Shown here one piece after another: positions 31,542 to 34,474 of a DNA stretch of 34,474 bases. The translations under genes were made by a program, and so were the position numbers. Every line of letters starts with the position of its first letter. Position 1 is the stretch's first letter. A model generated the notes under the pieces. It saw only the letters and a list, made by a program, of their open reading frames with translations. It searched no databases and was not told where the DNA came from. Origin of the DNA: an uncultured Thermococci archaeon (GTDB lineage: Archaea > Methanobacteriota_B > Thermococci > Thermococcales > Thermococcaceae); contig CAZAPD010000057.1 in the NCBI GenBank assembly GCA_964487115.1, positions 1 to 34,474 on the forward strand. The letters run 5' to 3'.

Positions 31542-32147
31542 ATGAATCTGATAGGTTATGTCATAATAGCTGCATCTTTTATCATGTTTGCAATAGCACT
31601 CACGAAGAATCTCGGGGAAAAATATGCATGGATAAACCGTAAAATCATTCATTTCAGTATTGTTCCTGCCATTTTAATGTTCTACAATGGCCTAATTCCA
31701 AAGGAAATTTTTGCTGCAGCCGCTTTTATCTTTGGAATTTTTCAGTTATGGCCACACATCAGGAAGAGAGAGTTCTCATGGTATCAAATAGAGCACAACT
31801 ATGGAGAGGTCTTCTTTGCTTTCTCAGCATCAGTTATTCCAATGGTTTTACCAAGGGAATATGCAACCGCATTGCTTTTAGCAATGGCAGTGAGTGATGG
31901 GGTTACAGGGGTTATAAGACATTTCTATTTCCAGAAACATGGCTTCAATGTAAAACTTAAAAAACACTGGACAGGGAGCCTTGGGTATCTGATAACCGCA
32001 GCCTTGATAGCATTTCTCTTTCTTGATGCCAATATATCCGGAAAAATAGGATGGGCTGCGATGCTGATGCTCGCAGAATATCAGCCGTGGTTGGATGACA
32101 ATTTGGCTGTTCCACTGGTTGGAAGCCTTCTCTTCCTCCTCTATTGA
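31542..32147 (+). CDS. Dolichol/phytol kinase-like membrane protein (CTP_transf_1)
   Basis: NRKIIHF, GEVFF, SDGVTG, KKHWTGS, DDNLAVP. Confidence 0.75.
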   Translation: MNLIGYVIIAASFIMFAIALTKNLGEKYAWINRKIIHFSIVPAILMFYNGLIPKEIFAAAAFIFGIFQLWPHIRKREFSWYQIEHNYGEVFFAFSASVIPMVLPREYATALLLAMAVSDGVTGVIRHFYFQKHGFNVKLKKHWTGSLGYLITAALIAFLFLDANISGKIGWAAMLMLAEYQPWLDDNLAVPLVGSLLFLLY

Positions 32148-32154
32148 CCCCCTT

Positions 32155-32721
32155 CTACTGAGCCCACCTTACCTTGAGGCTGTCCTTTTTCACTTTGTTG
32201 AATTCCTCAACCAAAGCCCTTCCGGTTTTTTCCATGAAGTTATCTACGCCCATTATGCCGAGCTCCTTGAGACCGATGGCATCTACACCCTCAGGAATAC
32301 CACTTGCCTCGACGTTTATTCCAATATGAATTTTGATGCTGACAGGTGAAACCGTCGCTATCGAGATGCTGAGTTTTTTGCCATCCACATAGATATCGTC
32401 GCCTTTTCTTACAGTTTTTACACCATAATTAGCCAAAACCTCAGAGAGCTTAGCTACGAAGAGCTTCTGGAGAGTTGAGGCGAAGAGTGCATTAACTAAA
32501 TCGAAGACCTCGATTATATAGTGAACCATGTCATCGCCTCTAATTTCTTTGTTCTGGCGAAGATCTTCAATGTCAATCATTTCTCTCACCTTAACATCAC
32601 ATTTCCCCCGAAAGACAACAAGCGAATTTCCGAGTATTCCGAAGTTCCTGTAGGCCCAGTGACTCTGGATTGCAGAGCCGTCGTAGTCAATCCACCTATC
32701 TTTAATGATGAGCAACTCCAT
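32155..32721 (-). CDS. DUF366-family protein (biotin/lipoate ligase-like fold)
   Basis: YDGSAIQSHWAY, RKGDDIYVDGKKLSISIA, HIGIN. Confidence 0.8.
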   Translation of the reverse strand: MELLIIKDRWIDYDGSAIQSHWAYRNFGILGNSLVVFRGKCDVKVREMIDIEDLRQNKEIRGDDMVHYIIEVFDLVNALFASTLQKLFVAKLSEVLANYGVKTVRKGDDIYVDGKKLSISIATVSPVSIKIHIGINVEASGIPEGVDAIGLKELGIMGVDNFMEKTGRALVEEFNKVKKDSLKVRWAQ

Positions 32722-32726
32722 GCTAA

Positions 32727-33203
32727 TCACCCCATCCTATCAAGGAGTTTCCTCAGCTCTTCAAAACTCTTTACGTCCGTCCACATATGAATAAACTTCA
32801 GGTTTGGGATTGCACTTACAACCCCATTAACATGGATAATCCTATCATCAACATATATGACTTCATCTACCTTATATCCTGCGGCTTTCAGTTCAGATAT
32901 TGTCCTTTCAATCATGTTGGCCTTATCAGGATGTCCTTCAATCTTCGGGAAGATGAAGTAATCCCACAGTTTAAGAGCTTCCAGAATTGGACGAACAAAC
33001 TCTTCCAGATTCCAACTCGCCACCGAAAGTAGAAATCGGTCCTTTGCCCATTCCAAGAACTCGCGAACTCCCGGAAAAAGGCTTAACTCTTCACCATAAG
33101 CATCAATTACTTTATTACCCACCACCTTCAATGGAGGCACCAATCTCGATGCATCCTTATGATCCCAAAGAGTACCATCTAAATCAAGAACGAGTAGCTT
33201 CAT
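32727..33203 (-). CDS. Magnesium-dependent phosphatase-1 (HAD IIIC)
   Basis: LDLDGTLW, ASWN, HPDK, YVDD. Confidence 0.88.
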   Translation of the reverse strand: MKLLVLDLDGTLWDHKDASRLVPPLKVVGNKVIDAYGEELSLFPGVREFLEWAKDRFLLSVASWNLEEFVRPILEALKLWDYFIFPKIEGHPDKANMIERTISELKAAGYKVDEVIYVDDRIIHVNGVVSAIPNLKFIHMWTDVKSFEELRKLLDRMG

Positions 33204-33337
33204 TACATCCACCAAGAGATAATCTCCACAAGTGAAGTTTTAACAATTACGATTAAGATTCACAGAAATGAGGAAGTTAAGGATTCTGAGGACCGTGCAT
33301 AGGCGGATTGACCTATCAAATGCCCAGCCCTCGTTTC

Positions 33338-34474
<1,137 letters not shown>

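Overview
A gene-dense, mostly housekeeping region of a hyperthermophilic archaeon of the Thermococcales (Thermococcus/Palaeococcus-like; judged from protein families, GGTGA/GGAGG ribosome-binding sites and gene order). It carries three tRNA genes (Phe-GAA, Gly-TCC, Gly-CCC) and about 34 CDS. These include tetraether lipid synthase, UDG, pantoate kinase, DNA ligase, pyrE, a tRNA m5U54-type methyltransferase, LrpA, an orphan Cas6, PAN, Rio2, LipS2, asparaginase, iorB, guanine deaminase and class I LysRS. The window ends in the 3' part of a 23S rRNA gene on the minus strand. Main points of interest: (1) a 62-nt insertion in the 23S gene at E. coli position 1927 that folds into a canonical bulge-helix-bulge, i.e. 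an ORF-less archaeal rRNA intron, whose sequence is partly antisense to the upstream exon; (2) the 23S segment carrying it looks non-Thermococcales, so the rRNA may be mosaic or an assembly chimera; (3) a roughly 290-aa gene split at an in-frame A_AAA_AAG -1 slippery site; (4) a probably non-catalytic stand-alone Cas6; (5) several candidate operators. All family calls come from motif recognition by eye; no searches were run.
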